This document shows positions 38,076 to 48,416 of a stretch of DNA of 64,000 bases, in pieces (within the stretch, counting starts at the first letter, position 1; every line of letters starts with the position of its first letter). The DNA is taken from positions 3,296,001-3,360,000 of the forward strand of contig OZ241863.1 of the NCBI GenBank assembly GCA_965203055.1, written 5' to 3'. Both the position numbers and the translations under genes were made by a program. Origin of the DNA: Spirochaetia bacterium. Lineage in GTDB: Bacteria > Spirochaetota > Spirochaetia > SZUA-6 > Bin103. The notes under the pieces were generated by a model. That model saw only the letters and a program-made list of their open reading frames with translations, did not search any database and had not been told where the DNA came from.

Positions 38076-39227
38076 ATGAGCGTCGCGCCGCGCCGGCTCA
38101 CGCACGGGCCGGCCCACCACTTCTTCGGCTACTACGGCATCAACGCGTGGGACCGCGGCGGGCGCTTCCACCTCGCTCTGGAAAGCGACTTCCACCGCCG
38201 CCCGCCCACGCCCGCGGACCGGGCGCGGGTCGGCTTGGTGGATGCCGCCGGCGGGGCGTTCGAGCCCCTTGCGGAGACGGCCGCGTTCAACCTGCAACAG
38301 GGCAGCATGCTGCACTGGATCGACGCCGGGCGCGGCGAGGAACTGACCTGCAACGCATGGCAGGGGCCGCGGGTGGTGGCGCACGCGCTGCCCCGCGCGG
38401 GCGGCGCCGCCCGCGTCCTGCAGGCGGCGGTGGCCGCGGTGTCGGCCGACGGGAGGCAGGCGCTGGGACTCAACTACGCGCGCATGTACCACTGCCGGTC
38501 CGTGGTCGGCTACGCCAACGACCAGGATCCCGCGGCCCTGGCGCCGGCGCCGGAAGATGACGGGCTGTACCGCATCGACCTGCCCTCCGGGCGCGCCGAG
38601 CTGCTGCTCTCCCATGCCCGGGTGATCCGCGCCGCCGAGTTGCCGGAGCCGCCGAGCGGCTTGGTGTGGTTCAACCACGTGGTGTTCAACCCCGACGGGT
38701 CGCGTGTGCTGTTCCTGTGCCGCATGCGGCGCCCTGCGGGACAGGGGCTGCGCACCTCGCTGTGGACCGTGCGCCCGGACGGCAGCGAGCTGTCCCTGCA
38801 GATCGACTTTGCGCATCGCATTTCCCACTTCGCGTGGCTCGATGCCGACCGCATCCTGATCTCCACCGACCTGCTCGGCGCGATGCAGTTCCTCACCTTC
38901 ACCGTGGACCGCAACGACTTCGCACCGTTCGGCGCCGGAGCGCTGCCGCCCGACGGCCACGCCTGCCTCTCCCCGGACGGGCGCTGGCTGGCGTGCGACA
39001 CCTACCCGCAAGGCGCGCAACGGCTCTCCCGGTTGATGCTGTACGAGATCGCCACCGGGCGGCGGGTGGACGTCGCCGGCTTCCACTCCGAGCCGGTCTT
39101 TACCGGCGACGTGCGCTGCGACCTGCACCCGCGCTGGCACCCGGACGGCGCCATGCTGACCGTCGACGCGGTTCCCGACGGAGAACGCCAGATCTACCTG
39201 CTCGACGTAGCCGGCATCGTATCCTGA
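38076..39227 (+). CDS. Beta-propeller hypothetical protein (oligogalacturonate lyase/TolB-like)
   Basis: HHFFGYY, AFNLQQGSML, FNPDGSR, DGHACLSPDGRW, RCDLHPRW. Confidence 0.7.
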   Translation: MSVAPRRLTHGPAHHFFGYYGINAWDRGGRFHLALESDFHRRPPTPADRARVGLVDAAGGAFEPLAETAAFNLQQGSMLHWIDAGRGEELTCNAWQGPRVVAHALPRAGGAARVLQAAVAAVSADGRQALGLNYARMYHCRSVVGYANDQDPAALAPAPEDDGLYRIDLPSGRAELLLSHARVIRAAELPEPPSGLVWFNHVVFNPDGSRVLFLCRMRRPAGQGLRTSLWTVRPDGSELSLQIDFAHRISHFAWLDADRILISTDLLGAMQFLTFTVDRNDFAPFGAGALPPDGHACLSPDGRWLACDTYPQGAQRLSRLMLYEIATGRRVDVAGFHSEPVFTGDVRCDLHPRWHPDGAMLTVDAVPDGERQIYLLDVAGIVS

Positions 39228-39962
39228 CCGCGGCGGGGGTGGCGCAACGATGAGCTACTTCGACCGTTGGTGGTGGATGATCCGCCGCTGGTGGTGGGCA
39301 GTAAAGCCCTACCGGCTTCTCATTTTGGTTCTGGTCGTCATGTTTCTGGTGGGGATGTGCGGCCGGTTGTATCTCTTTCAACTCAGGGACGCTGGCTACT
39401 AAGCTACCTTTGCGTGCTTCCCTTCTGTTGCTGGTGTCGGGGCGCCGCTACGAGTGTTCTGCGGGAGGTTCCGAGGTCGGCGGCGGGCCGATTTCCAGCC
39501 TGGTCTCGATGCGCACCAGCCGAACGTCGATGACGTGGAGCAGGAATGAGCGCGCGGCAGTCCCATGCCGAACCAGCAGACCGCACCTTCCGCAGGTAGC
39601 TGGCCGGCGCCGCGGAGACGGCTAACCCGGCGGGTAGATGCTCCAGTTCTGGAAGAGCCGCTCCAGCTTCGGCAATAGCAGTTCGCTCTGGTCCGGCGCG
39701 AGCGTCTGCTTTACCAGCTCCTTGACCTGCTCGGAAATCAACCACATCTGTTCAGCATCATTGGTTGGGTAGAATACGTCGTCGTCCGCGGCCGGCTGAG
39801 CAGACGGGTTTGGGTCTCCGCTACGGGGCGCAGTCATGGCAGCAGCGTAACGCGGCCTGCACGGTCGTAACAAGATCACGAATCAGCGCAACGCATGCTT
39901 GACGGCCCGGTATGACCGTGGTATGGCGTACTGAATTGGGTTCGGATCGAGGAGGAGAGGCC

Positions 39963-41579
39963 ATGCAACAGATTCGCGCGCTGGCGGGAGTGGCAGTGCT
40001 GATCGCGCTGGGAGCCGCGGGGGCGTTTGCCGGCGCCGCCGAAGAGACCGGGATGGCGGCCGCCGACATCTATACCGATTCCGGCTATCCGGTGACCACC
40101 GAGAAGATCACCCTGGAGATGGTGGCGGTGATCACCCACAAGACCTACCCGCACCAAGCTCTGGAGTTCTTCGACATGGTGGAGGAGAAGACCAACGTTC
40201 ACGTCGAGTGGCGCCAGATTCAGGAAGAGGCGTACCAGGAGAAGAAGAACCTGCTGTTCGCCGCGGGCGACTATCCGGACGCCTTCTTCATGCACAAGAC
40301 GCTCGATCCGGCGGACATCCTCACCCACGCGCCGCAAGGGGTGTTCCGGGCGCTCGAGGATGATCTTGAACAGTGGGCGCCGAACCTGAACCGCATCCTG
40401 CAAGACCGGCCCGAAGTACGCCGGGCGATGCAGGCGCCGGACGGCCATGTCTACTCGTTTCCCGGCATCTGGGAATCGGGCGTGGAGCCGCAGCTTCACT
40501 TCTTCATCAACCGGAACTGGCTCGACAAGCTGGGGCTGGACATGCCGCAGAACTACGACGAGTACCGCGAGGCGCTGCGCGCCTTCAAGCACCGCGACCC
40601 CAACGGCAACGGCGAGGCGGACGAGATCCCGCTCTCCTTCCGCAGCTTCGGCTGGCTGGGCGTGTACCCGCTGTTCAGCAGCTTTGGCATCGACCGCCAG
40701 CACCACATCGGCGAGGAGATGGGCATCTCGATCGACCGCGACGATCCCACGCGGGTGATCTACGTTGCCGCAACCGACGCCTACCGGGAGGGCATCGAGT
40801 ACTTCCACGGATTGTGGTCGGAAGGGCTGATCGACATCGAGGCGTTTTCCCACTCCTACGCCGAACTGACCGCCAAGCAGCGGCAGATCGATCCGCCGAT
40901 CCTGGGTTCGTTCACCGCGTGGAGCGCGGCCTACCTGTTCGGCGAAGGGGTGGACAGCGGCTACGTCACCATGGACCCGTTGGAGGGACCGGCCGGCCGG
41001 CGCTGGCCGGGCGACCCGCCGAGCTACTTCCTCAACGCGTTCACGGTCACCAGCGCCTCCGAGTATCCGCAGGCCGCGGTGCGCTGGGCCGACCTGCAAT
41101 ACGATCCGACCTGGGCGCTGCAGTCGTGGTTCGGGATCATCGGCGAGCACATCCTCGAACAGGGCGACGGCACCTACGTGCATGCCGCGGTGCCGGACGG
41201 GTTCGAGAGCCGCATAAGCTGGAAGAACCAGTCGGTGCCGCGCGGCACCGGCCTCTACGCGCTGCCGGTCGAGGTGATGCGCCGCATGGAGCCCACCGCC
41301 GACCAGCTCGACAAGTTCGCCGGCAACGACCAGTACGCCCCCTACATCGCCAGCTACGTCCGCTTCCCGCTGGTCTACATGCTGGAAGATGAGAACGACG
41401 AGATCGCCGACCTGGCGCCGGAGATCAACCAGTTCACGCAGGAAATGGGCGCCAAGTGGATCGTCGACGGCGGCATCGAAGAGGACTGGGACGGGTATCT
41501 GCAGCGCCTCGACAGCATGGGCCTGCCGCGCCTGCTGGAGATCTATCAGACCGTCTACGACCGCCACTTGAGCGATTAG
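39963..41579 (+). CDS. Carbohydrate ABC transporter solute-binding protein
   Basis: SD GAGGAG, signal peptide, GDYPD, APDGHVYSFP, INRNWLDKLGL, DPNGNGEADEIP. Confidence 0.9.
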   Translation: MQQIRALAGVAVLIALGAAGAFAGAAEETGMAAADIYTDSGYPVTTEKITLEMVAVITHKTYPHQALEFFDMVEEKTNVHVEWRQIQEEAYQEKKNLLFAAGDYPDAFFMHKTLDPADILTHAPQGVFRALEDDLEQWAPNLNRILQDRPEVRRAMQAPDGHVYSFPGIWESGVEPQLHFFINRNWLDKLGLDMPQNYDEYREALRAFKHRDPNGNGEADEIPLSFRSFGWLGVYPLFSSFGIDRQHHIGEEMGISIDRDDPTRVIYVAATDAYREGIEYFHGLWSEGLIDIEAFSHSYAELTAKQRQIDPPILGSFTAWSAAYLFGEGVDSGYVTMDPLEGPAGRRWPGDPPSYFLNAFTVTSASEYPQAAVRWADLQYDPTWALQSWFGIIGEHILEQGDGTYVHAAVPDGFESRISWKNQSVPRGTGLYALPVEVMRRMEPTADQLDKFAGNDQYAPYIASYVRFPLVYMLEDENDEIADLAPEINQFTQEMGAKWIVDGGIEEDWDGYLQRLDSMGLPRLLEIYQTVYDRHLSD

Positions 41580-41603
41580 CCTCGAAGTCTTGGATCGATA
41601 CCG

Positions 41604-42383
41604 TTGCATCTGACCGACGCCGACACCGCGTTCTTTGCCGAGAACGGGTACTTGATCTACCGCCACCAGCTCTTTCCGGGGGAGAAGTTTCGCCGGCTGC
41701 AGCGCTTCTTCGACGGGATGCTGGCGCAGTTGCCGGAGGACGCGCGGCCGGAGGGAATGGACACTCCGCACTTCGGGCTCCCGGAGCTGTTCGAGTGGTT
41801 GCGCGCGGACGAGGTGCTCGACTTCGTGGAGCGGCTGATCGGCCCCGACATCGCGCTCTGGTCCAGCCATTTCCTGTGCAAGCTGCCGCGCAAGGGTTTG
41901 GCGGTGCCGTGGCACGAGGATTCCGCCTACTGGAACAGGACTCTGAGCGAGCACAAGGTAATCACCGTGTGGCTGGCGATCGACGACTCGCTGCCCGACA
42001 ACGGCTGCATGCGGGTAATTCCCGGCACCCACCACCATGGCTTCTCGGAGTATGAGGAGGTGGACGCCGCAAGGCACGTGTTCGGTACCCGCATCCGCCC
42101 CGATCAGATCGACGAGAGCAAGGCGGTGGACTTGGCGATTCGCGCCGGCGAGTGCCACGTCCACCACGCCAAGCTGATGCACGGCTCCAGCCCCAACACC
42201 AGCGGCCGCCGCCGCTGCGGCTATACCATGCGCTACATGCCCACTGACGTGAAGTTCGACCCGGCGCCGCAGCGCGGCCGGCACGCCATCTACCTAGTGC
42301 GCGGCCGCGACCTCGCCGGCAACGACTACGCCGATCCTGCGCGCGTGTTCGAGCCCGGCAAGCTGCGCTGGATGGGTGGCTAG
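41604..42383 (+). CDS. PhyH family dioxygenase
   Basis: VPWHEDSAYW, TVWLAIDD...NGCMRVIPGTH, MHGSSPN. Confidence 0.9.
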   Translation: MHLTDADTAFFAENGYLIYRHQLFPGEKFRRLQRFFDGMLAQLPEDARPEGMDTPHFGLPELFEWLRADEVLDFVERLIGPDIALWSSHFLCKLPRKGLAVPWHEDSAYWNRTLSEHKVITVWLAIDDSLPDNGCMRVIPGTHHHGFSEYEEVDAARHVFGTRIRPDQIDESKAVDLAIRAGECHVHHAKLMHGSSPNTSGRRRCGYTMRYMPTDVKFDPAPQRGRHAIYLVRGRDLAGNDYADPARVFEPGKLRWMGG

Positions 42384-42530
42384 CGAGCCAAGGGTCTCCT
42401 GCAGGCGGCAGCTCAGTCTAGTTCGCTGCACGAACGAGTTCGGCAGGTGGACATATTGACCTGCCGGCCCGCGATTCGGCGACAAGCTCGCGACGACGTG
42501 CGGTACGGTTCATGCTATACTGACGGGACG

Positions 42531-42851
42531 ATGGAAACGCGCGGGTTACCGAGCAGGGACGGCGTTCTGCAGCGGGCCGGCAGATTGTTCTGGGATCGAC
42601 CGCTTGCCCCGGGCGATCTCGACGCGTATCCCCGCTGGGTGGTATCACGGGTGATCCACTACGGCGATCTGGACGATGTGCGCGGTCTCGCAACGGTGAT
42701 GGGGAAGCGGTTGTTTCTCACTACGATCTCGGGCCTCAGAGTGCAGTCCGCCAGGGTGGCAGCGCTCTGGGACGCCGTGCTGAAGCTGGAGGGCCTCCCT
42801 TGTACACGGCAGTGCTCCCGGCGGCCAGTGGCGAGTTACTGGCCGCCCTGA
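42531..42851 (+). CDS. Putative antitoxin (DUF6922-like) of an AbiE-type TA pair
   Basis: LFWD...LD...WVVSRVIHYGDLDD. Overlaps the AbiEii gene. Confidence 0.65.
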   Translation: METRGLPSRDGVLQRAGRLFWDRPLAPGDLDAYPRWVVSRVIHYGDLDDVRGLATVMGKRLFLTTISGLRVQSARVAALWDAVLKLEGLPCTRQCSRRPVASYWPP

Positions 42852-43429
42852 CCGCTCACGCCGGCGTCGAGTTGAACGGCTGGGTGTTGGCCGGAGGAAC
42901 CGGGCTGGCGCTGCAGCTTGGCCACAGGATTTCCGAGGACTTCGACTTTTTCCGCACGCAAGGTATGGAGACCCGTGCGCTGTTCGCGGCATTGGGCGAG
43001 GCGGCGCCCTGTACCACGCTGCATGCCGACGAGCGGACGCTGACGGTGCTCATGCTTGGCGTCAAGCTCTCTTTCTTTCAGCTAAGCGATCCGTTTCTGT
43101 TTCCGGCAGTGCCGTACGCGTTCTTCAGCGTCGCCGACCTGCGAGACATCGCCTTGATGAAGCTGCTGGCCGCGACCAATCGCGGCAGTCGCAGGGACTT
43201 CGTTGACCTTTACACGATCCTTCGGTCAGGCCCCTCCCTACACGACTACCTGCGGCTGCTGCCGCGAAAATATGGGCACGGCCGGTTGAACCCCTATCAG
43301 GTAGTGATGAGCCTGACCTACTTCGATGACGCGGAGGCGGAGCCGATGCCGCACATGCTGGTTCCCTTCGATTGGTCGGAATGTAAGGAGTTCTTTGTTC
43401 GGGAAGTCCGCAGCCTGGTGCTGCCGTGA
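42800..43429 (+). CDS. AbiEii/AbiGii family nucleotidyltransferase toxin
   Basis: LAGGTGLALQLGHRISEDFDFF, IALMKL, RGSRRDFVDLY, SLTYFDDAE. Confidence 0.88.
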   Translation: MYTAVLPAASGELLAALTAHAGVELNGWVLAGGTGLALQLGHRISEDFDFFRTQGMETRALFAALGEAAPCTTLHADERTLTVLMLGVKLSFFQLSDPFLFPAVPYAFFSVADLRDIALMKLLAATNRGSRRDFVDLYTILRSGPSLHDYLRLLPRKYGHGRLNPYQVVMSLTYFDDAEAEPMPHMLVPFDWSECKEFFVREVRSLVLP

Positions 43430-44325
43430 TTCTCAAGACGATTCGGCGCGAGCATCAGCTTTGGATTCTGGCGGCGCCGGCGGTCTGCTACTTCATCCTG
43501 TTCCACTACGTCCCGATGTACGGGGTGCAACTCGCGTTCAAGGACTTCGTGGCCACGCTCGGCATCACCGGCAGCCCCTGGGCGGGCCTGGTCCACTTCC
43601 GCAAGTTCTTCAACTCGTTCCTGTTCTGGCGCGTGATCGGCAACACGCTCGGCATCAGCCTGTATGAGCTGGCGGTCGGGTTCCCGGTGCCGATCATCTT
43701 CGCCCTGATGCTGAACGAGATGCGCGCCGCCGCCTACAAGCGAGTGGTGCAGACCGCGGTGTACGCCCCCCACTTCATCTCCATCGTGGTGCTCGCCGGC
43801 ATGCTCTACGCGCTGCTGTCGCCGGTCAGCGGCATGGTCAACCACCTGCTGGCGCTGCTCGGCGGCGAACCGGTCAACTTCCTGGCCGAGGCGCGCTGGT
43901 TCAAGACGATCTACGTGTTCTCCGGCGTGTGGCAGCACGCCGGCTGGGGCGCGATCATCTACCTGGCGGTGCTCGCCGGGATCGACCCCGCCCTGTACGA
44001 AGCGGCCCGCATCGACGGCGCCACCATTCGCCAGAAGATCGTCCACATCGACCTGCCGATGCTGATGCCGACGGCCGTGATCCTGCTGATCCTGAGCCTC
44101 GGCCAGATCATGAACGTGGGCTTTCAGAAGGCGTATCTGCTGCAGAATCTGCTCAACGCGGAAGCCTCGGAGATCATTGCCACCTACATCTACAAGGTGG
44201 GCCTGATCAAGGCGCAATACGACTACTCGACGGCGATCAATCTGTTCAACACCGTCATCAACATGGTCCTGCTGATCAGCGTCAACCAGATCGCCAAGGC
44301 GCTGCGGCAGAATACCCTCTGGTAG
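43426..44325 (+). CDS. Carbohydrate ABC transporter permease (LplB-like)
   Basis: YVPMYGVQLAFKDF and EAA motif LYEAARIDGA. Confidence 0.92.
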   Translation: MILKTIRREHQLWILAAPAVCYFILFHYVPMYGVQLAFKDFVATLGITGSPWAGLVHFRKFFNSFLFWRVIGNTLGISLYELAVGFPVPIIFALMLNEMRAAAYKRVVQTAVYAPHFISIVVLAGMLYALLSPVSGMVNHLLALLGGEPVNFLAEARWFKTIYVFSGVWQHAGWGAIIYLAVLAGIDPALYEAARIDGATIRQKIVHIDLPMLMPTAVILLILSLGQIMNVGFQKAYLLQNLLNAEASEIIATYIYKVGLIKAQYDYSTAINLFNTVINMVLLISVNQIAKALRQNTLW

Positions 44326-44341
44326 CGGGAGCGAAAGCGCG

Positions 44342-45232
44342 ATGCGGGCAGGCGCCATCCGGCCATCCGGCGCGGACCGGATCAACCTCGCCGTCATCAA
44401 CGGGTGCGTGGCGCTGGCGCTGCTGCTGGTTGCCTACCCGCTCTACTTCGTGTTGATCGCTTCGGTTTCCGACCCGGTCGCCATCTACGCCGGCAGAGTG
44501 TGGCTGTGGCCGCGCGGGCTGACCTTCGCCGGCTACGAGCGCATCTTCAACACCGGCGCCATCTGGCGCGGCTACGCCAACACCATCTTCTACGCGGTGT
44601 TCGGCACGCTGCTCAACATCGCCATGACGGTGACGGTCGCCTATCCGCTCTCGACCCGGCGCTTCTCCGGCCGCTACCTGCTGATGATCTTCCTGCTCGT
44701 CACCCTCTACTTCGAGGGCGGACTCATTCCCAAGTACCTGCTGGTGCGTTCGCTCGGCCTGCTCGACACGCGCGCGGTGATGGTGATCATGGGCGCGGCC
44801 ATGGTGTGGCACGTCATCGTTACGCGCACCTTCTTCCAGACCACCATTGCGGACGAGCTGTACGAGGCGGCGGCGATCGACGGTTGCAACCACATCCCCT
44901 TCTTCGTGCGCATCGTGCTGCCGCTTTCGAGCCCGGTCATCGCGGTGCTGGCAATCTACTACGGCGTGGAGCACTGGAACGATTACTTCAAGGCGCTGAT
45001 CTTCCTCGAAAGCCCGGAAAAGCATCCGCTGCAGATCGTGCTGCGCTCGATCCTGATCCTCGACGATCCGCAGACGGTGGCCGACATCGCCGACCTGCAG
45101 GAGCGGCAGCGGGCCGCCGAGTTGATCAAGTACGGCAGCATCGTGGTGGCCAGTCTGCCGCTGCTGATCGTATATCCGTTCCTGCAGAGGTACTTCGTGC
45201 AGGGGATCATGATCGGTTCGCTCAAGGGCTGA
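44342..45232 (+). CDS. Carbohydrate ABC transporter permease
   Basis: LYEAAAIDG, WNDYF, YPFLQRYFVQGIMIGSLKG. Confidence 0.92.
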   Translation: MRAGAIRPSGADRINLAVINGCVALALLLVAYPLYFVLIASVSDPVAIYAGRVWLWPRGLTFAGYERIFNTGAIWRGYANTIFYAVFGTLLNIAMTVTVAYPLSTRRFSGRYLLMIFLLVTLYFEGGLIPKYLLVRSLGLLDTRAVMVIMGAAMVWHVIVTRTFFQTTIADELYEAAAIDGCNHIPFFVRIVLPLSSPVIAVLAIYYGVEHWNDYFKALIFLESPEKHPLQIVLRSILILDDPQTVADIADLQERQRAAELIKYGSIVVASLPLLIVYPFLQRYFVQGIMIGSLKG

Positions 45233-45269
45233 CCGGGCGCCGGAAGGAGGCCCCGAAGGAGGCAGCGGT

Positions 45270-47339
45270 ATGGTGCAGTGGGGAGTGATTGGAGCGGGCA
45301 CCATCGCCCGCGTGTTCTGCAACGGCATGCGGTTCTCGAAGAGCGGCCGGATTGCGGCGCTGGCGAGCCGCAGCCGGGAGCGGGCGGCCGCCCTGGCCGA
45401 CCCGTTTGCGATTCCCAAGCGGTTCGACGACTACGAGGCGTTGCTCGCCGACCCCGAAGTCGACGCGGTCTACGTCAGCACCATTCACCCGGCGCACGCG
45501 GAGTGGGCGATCAAGGCGGCGGAGGCGGGCAAGCACCTGCTGGTGGAGAAGCCGCTCGGCATGAACCACCTGGAGGCGGCGGCGATGATCGACGCCGCGG
45601 CGGCCCACGACGTGTTCCTGATGGAGGCGTTCATGTACCGCTGCCACCCGCAGACCCGGCGGCTGGCAGCGCTGGTGCGCGCCGGCGCCGTCGGGGAAGT
45701 GCGCATGGTGCGGGCGGTGTTCAGCTCCCAGGGGCGCTACGCGCCCGAGTCGCGCAGCTTCGGCAACGCGCTTGGCGGCGGCGGCATCCTGGACATCGGC
45801 TGCTACGCCGCCTCGGCGGCGCGGCTGATCGCCGGGGCGGCCGCCGGCGAGCCGTTCCGGGAGCCGCACCTGGTGAAGGGGTGCGCGCAGTTGGGACCCA
45901 CCGGGGTGGACCACTACGCCGCCGCCACGCTGCAGTTCGACGGCGGCGTCATCGCCGAGCTGATCGCCGGGGTAGACTGCCGGGTGCCGAGCCAGTTGGC
46001 GGTGTACGGCAGCGACGGGATCCTGGAAGTGCCGGAGCCGTGGACGCCCGGCTCGCCGTGCCGCCGCGCGGCCGCGCCGCTGCCGCTCGACACCGCGTTT
46101 CCGCCGGGCCGGCTCCTCCTCACGCGCCCCGGCGCGTCCGCCCCCGAGACGATCACCGTCGAGGTCGACCGCGACCTGTTCACCTACGAGGCCGACACCG
46201 TGGCCGAGCATCTCGCGGCGCGGCAGGCGCCGGCGATGAGCTGGCAGGACAGCCTCGGCAACATGAAGCTGCTCGACCGCTGGCGCGAGGAGGCGGGGCT
46301 GGTCTACGAGCAGGAGCGGCGCTTCCACGCCGGCACGCTCGCCAACCGCCCGCTGCGCCGGCGCGCCGCCCGCGCCGCCCGCGCCGCGCCGGCGATGCAA
46401 TACGGCGCCATCCCGGGGCTGGACCAGCCGGTCGCCCGCCTGGTGCAGGGCGCCGACCGCAACGTCACCATCCCCTACACCGAGGTGCTGTTCGACCAGT
46501 ACTTCGAGCTGGGCGGCAACTGCTTCGACACCTCGCACGCCTACCGCGGCGGCGCCTGCGAGCGCAACCTGGGCGCCTGGATCCGCAGCCGCGGGGTGCG
46601 CGACCGGGTGGTGGTGTTCGAGAAGGGCGGCAATCCTCCGCACGGCACCCCGGAGGGCATTACCCGCGAGCTGCTGGCGGGCCTGGACGGCCTCGGCCTG
46701 GACCGCGTCGACGTGTGGCTGATGCACCGCGACAACCCTGAGGTGCCGGTCGGCGAACTCGTCGACGTGCTGAACGAGCATTGCGCGGCCGGGCGCATGA
46801 CCCTGTTCGGCGTCTCCAACTGGTCGCTGCCGCGGCTGCGGGAGGCCAGGGAGTACGCCGACCGCGCCGGGCGCAGCTACTTCTCCGTGGTCAGCAACCA
46901 GTTCAGCCTGGCGCGCATTCTCGATGCGTGGTGGACCATCGACGGCAGCTTTCCCTACTGGCAGAGCGCTTCCGATCCGGAGTTTCGGCGCTGGTTCGAG
47001 ACCACGCAGACGGTGCTGGTACCCTGGTCGAGCCAGGCCTCCGGGTTCTTCATCGAGCAGGAGGCGCAGCAGCCGCGCGACCGCGACCTGCCGCGCTGCT
47101 ACCACAGTCCGGACAACTTCACGCGCCGCGAGCGCGCGTTCGAGCTGGCGCGCCGGCGCGGCGTGAGCCCGATGAACATCGCCCTGGCCTGGGTGCTGCA
47201 GCAGCCGTTCCCGGTGTTTCCGATCATCGGGACGCGGCTGCCCGTCGAGACCCGCGACTGCCTGCGCGCCCTGGAGGTAACGCTGACGGCTGACGAGCTG
47301 CGCTGGCTGGACCTCGAGGAGCAGGAGGAGATTCGCTGA
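45270..47339 (+). CDS. Gfo/Idh/MocA oxidoreductase fused to an aldo/keto reductase
   Basis: GAGTIA, EKP and GGGILDIGCY, followed by FDTSHAY, HRDNPEVP and FGVSNW. Confidence 0.9.
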   Translation: MVQWGVIGAGTIARVFCNGMRFSKSGRIAALASRSRERAAALADPFAIPKRFDDYEALLADPEVDAVYVSTIHPAHAEWAIKAAEAGKHLLVEKPLGMNHLEAAAMIDAAAAHDVFLMEAFMYRCHPQTRRLAALVRAGAVGEVRMVRAVFSSQGRYAPESRSFGNALGGGGILDIGCYAASAARLIAGAAAGEPFREPHLVKGCAQLGPTGVDHYAAATLQFDGGVIAELIAGVDCRVPSQLAVYGSDGILEVPEPWTPGSPCRRAAAPLPLDTAFPPGRLLLTRPGASAPETITVEVDRDLFTYEADTVAEHLAARQAPAMSWQDSLGNMKLLDRWREEAGLVYEQERRFHAGTLANRPLRRRAARAARAAPAMQYGAIPGLDQPVARLVQGADRNVTIPYTEVLFDQYFELGGNCFDTSHAYRGGACERNLGAWIRSRGVRDRVVVFEKGGNPPHGTPEGITRELLAGLDGLGLDRVDVWLMHRDNPEVPVGELVDVLNEHCAAGRMTLFGVSNWSLPRLREAREYADRAGRSYFSVVSNQFSLARILDAWWTIDGSFPYWQSASDPEFRRWFETTQTVLVPWSSQASGFFIEQEAQQPRDRDLPRCYHSPDNFTRRERAFELARRRGVSPMNIALAWVLQQPFPVFPIIGTRLPVETRDCLRALEVTLTADELRWLDLEEQEEIR

Positions 47340-47354
47340 GCGCTGCCGGTGAGG

Positions 47355-48311
47355 CTACCGGCGATCCGGCAGCCGGCGCAGGAAGTCCGCTTCGTCGCGG
47401 CACTCCAGCGCGGCTTGCATCAGTGCCGCGGTAGAGTGGTCCTCCAGCTCCGCCAAGCGCCGGGGCAGCGCCGCCGACACCGGCAGACCGCGCGAGCTGA
47501 ACACCTGCAGCACCGCCTCGCGCTGCGTTTCAAGCCGGCCCGCGGCGCGGCCCGCCTGGCGCTCGGCGCGCAGGAACGGATCGTCATCCGGCCCCGTGCC
47601 GGCCGCGGCGCCGAGAGCCCCGGCCACGCGGCGCAACGCCGCCGCGGTCGCCTCCGACAACTCCGGCTCGTTCAATGCCAGGTGAATCTCCGCCGCGGTC
47701 CAGCCGGGAAATGCCCGGCTGCTCGGCGCCGAACGGAAGCCGTGCTCCTCCAGCAGGTGAATCGTCAAGCCGGGCCGCAGTCCCGCGGGGCGGCTCGGCG
47801 ACGACGTGTCGGGCACCTCGACCCACACTTCCGGAAAGCCCCACGACTCGTACAGCGCGAGCTTGCCGCGGCGCACGTCGGTGGTGTTGTCCACCTCCAG
47901 CACGACGTCGGGAAGCGTGTCGCTGCCCACCTCGATGGCCGGGCCCCAGGGCCGCGTCGCGCGCGGGCGCAGGTACACCGTCTGATCGGCCTGCATGATT
48001 CGCAAGCGGGCGCCGCGCGCATCGCGCACCAGGAGATCGGATGCTCCGAAGGTCTCGATGGGCGAGCCCCGGACGTGGGAGATCGTCTTGAGCAACCCCG
48101 CCAGGCGCTGCGGCGGATGTTCGTGGTAGATGCTGACCGGCTCGCACACCATGGCGACTTCGGTATGGGCATCCCAATACTCAATGCGCCCTTCGTAGTC
48201 GGTGATCGCTTCCCGCGAGATACGCACCGGCCGGCAGCCCGGGAACTGCAGCGACTCCGGCTCGCCGTACGGTTCCGGCTGCTGGAGCGCGCCGGCGTCA
48301 TATTTGACCAT
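47355..48311 (-). CDS. Uma2 family PD-(D/E)xK endonuclease
   Basis: MQADQTVY, PDVVLEVD, KLALYESWGFPEVW. Confidence 0.8.
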   Translation of the reverse strand: MVKYDAGALQQPEPYGEPESLQFPGCRPVRISREAITDYEGRIEYWDAHTEVAMVCEPVSIYHEHPPQRLAGLLKTISHVRGSPIETFGASDLLVRDARGARLRIMQADQTVYLRPRATRPWGPAIEVGSDTLPDVVLEVDNTTDVRRGKLALYESWGFPEVWVEVPDTSSPSRPAGLRPGLTIHLLEEHGFRSAPSSRAFPGWTAAEIHLALNEPELSEATAAALRRVAGALGAAAGTGPDDDPFLRAERQAGRAAGRLETQREAVLQVFSSRGLPVSAALPRRLAELEDHSTAALMQAALECRDEADFLRRLPDRR

Positions 48312-48416
48312 GACCCGATGCTAACACGCGGCGGCAGGATGCGGCAGGGCGGGCGGGCGGCTGCCAGGCGGGCTGCTTGACCACACCCGGAGGGGTAGGG
48401 TTTGCTCGTTGCCACG

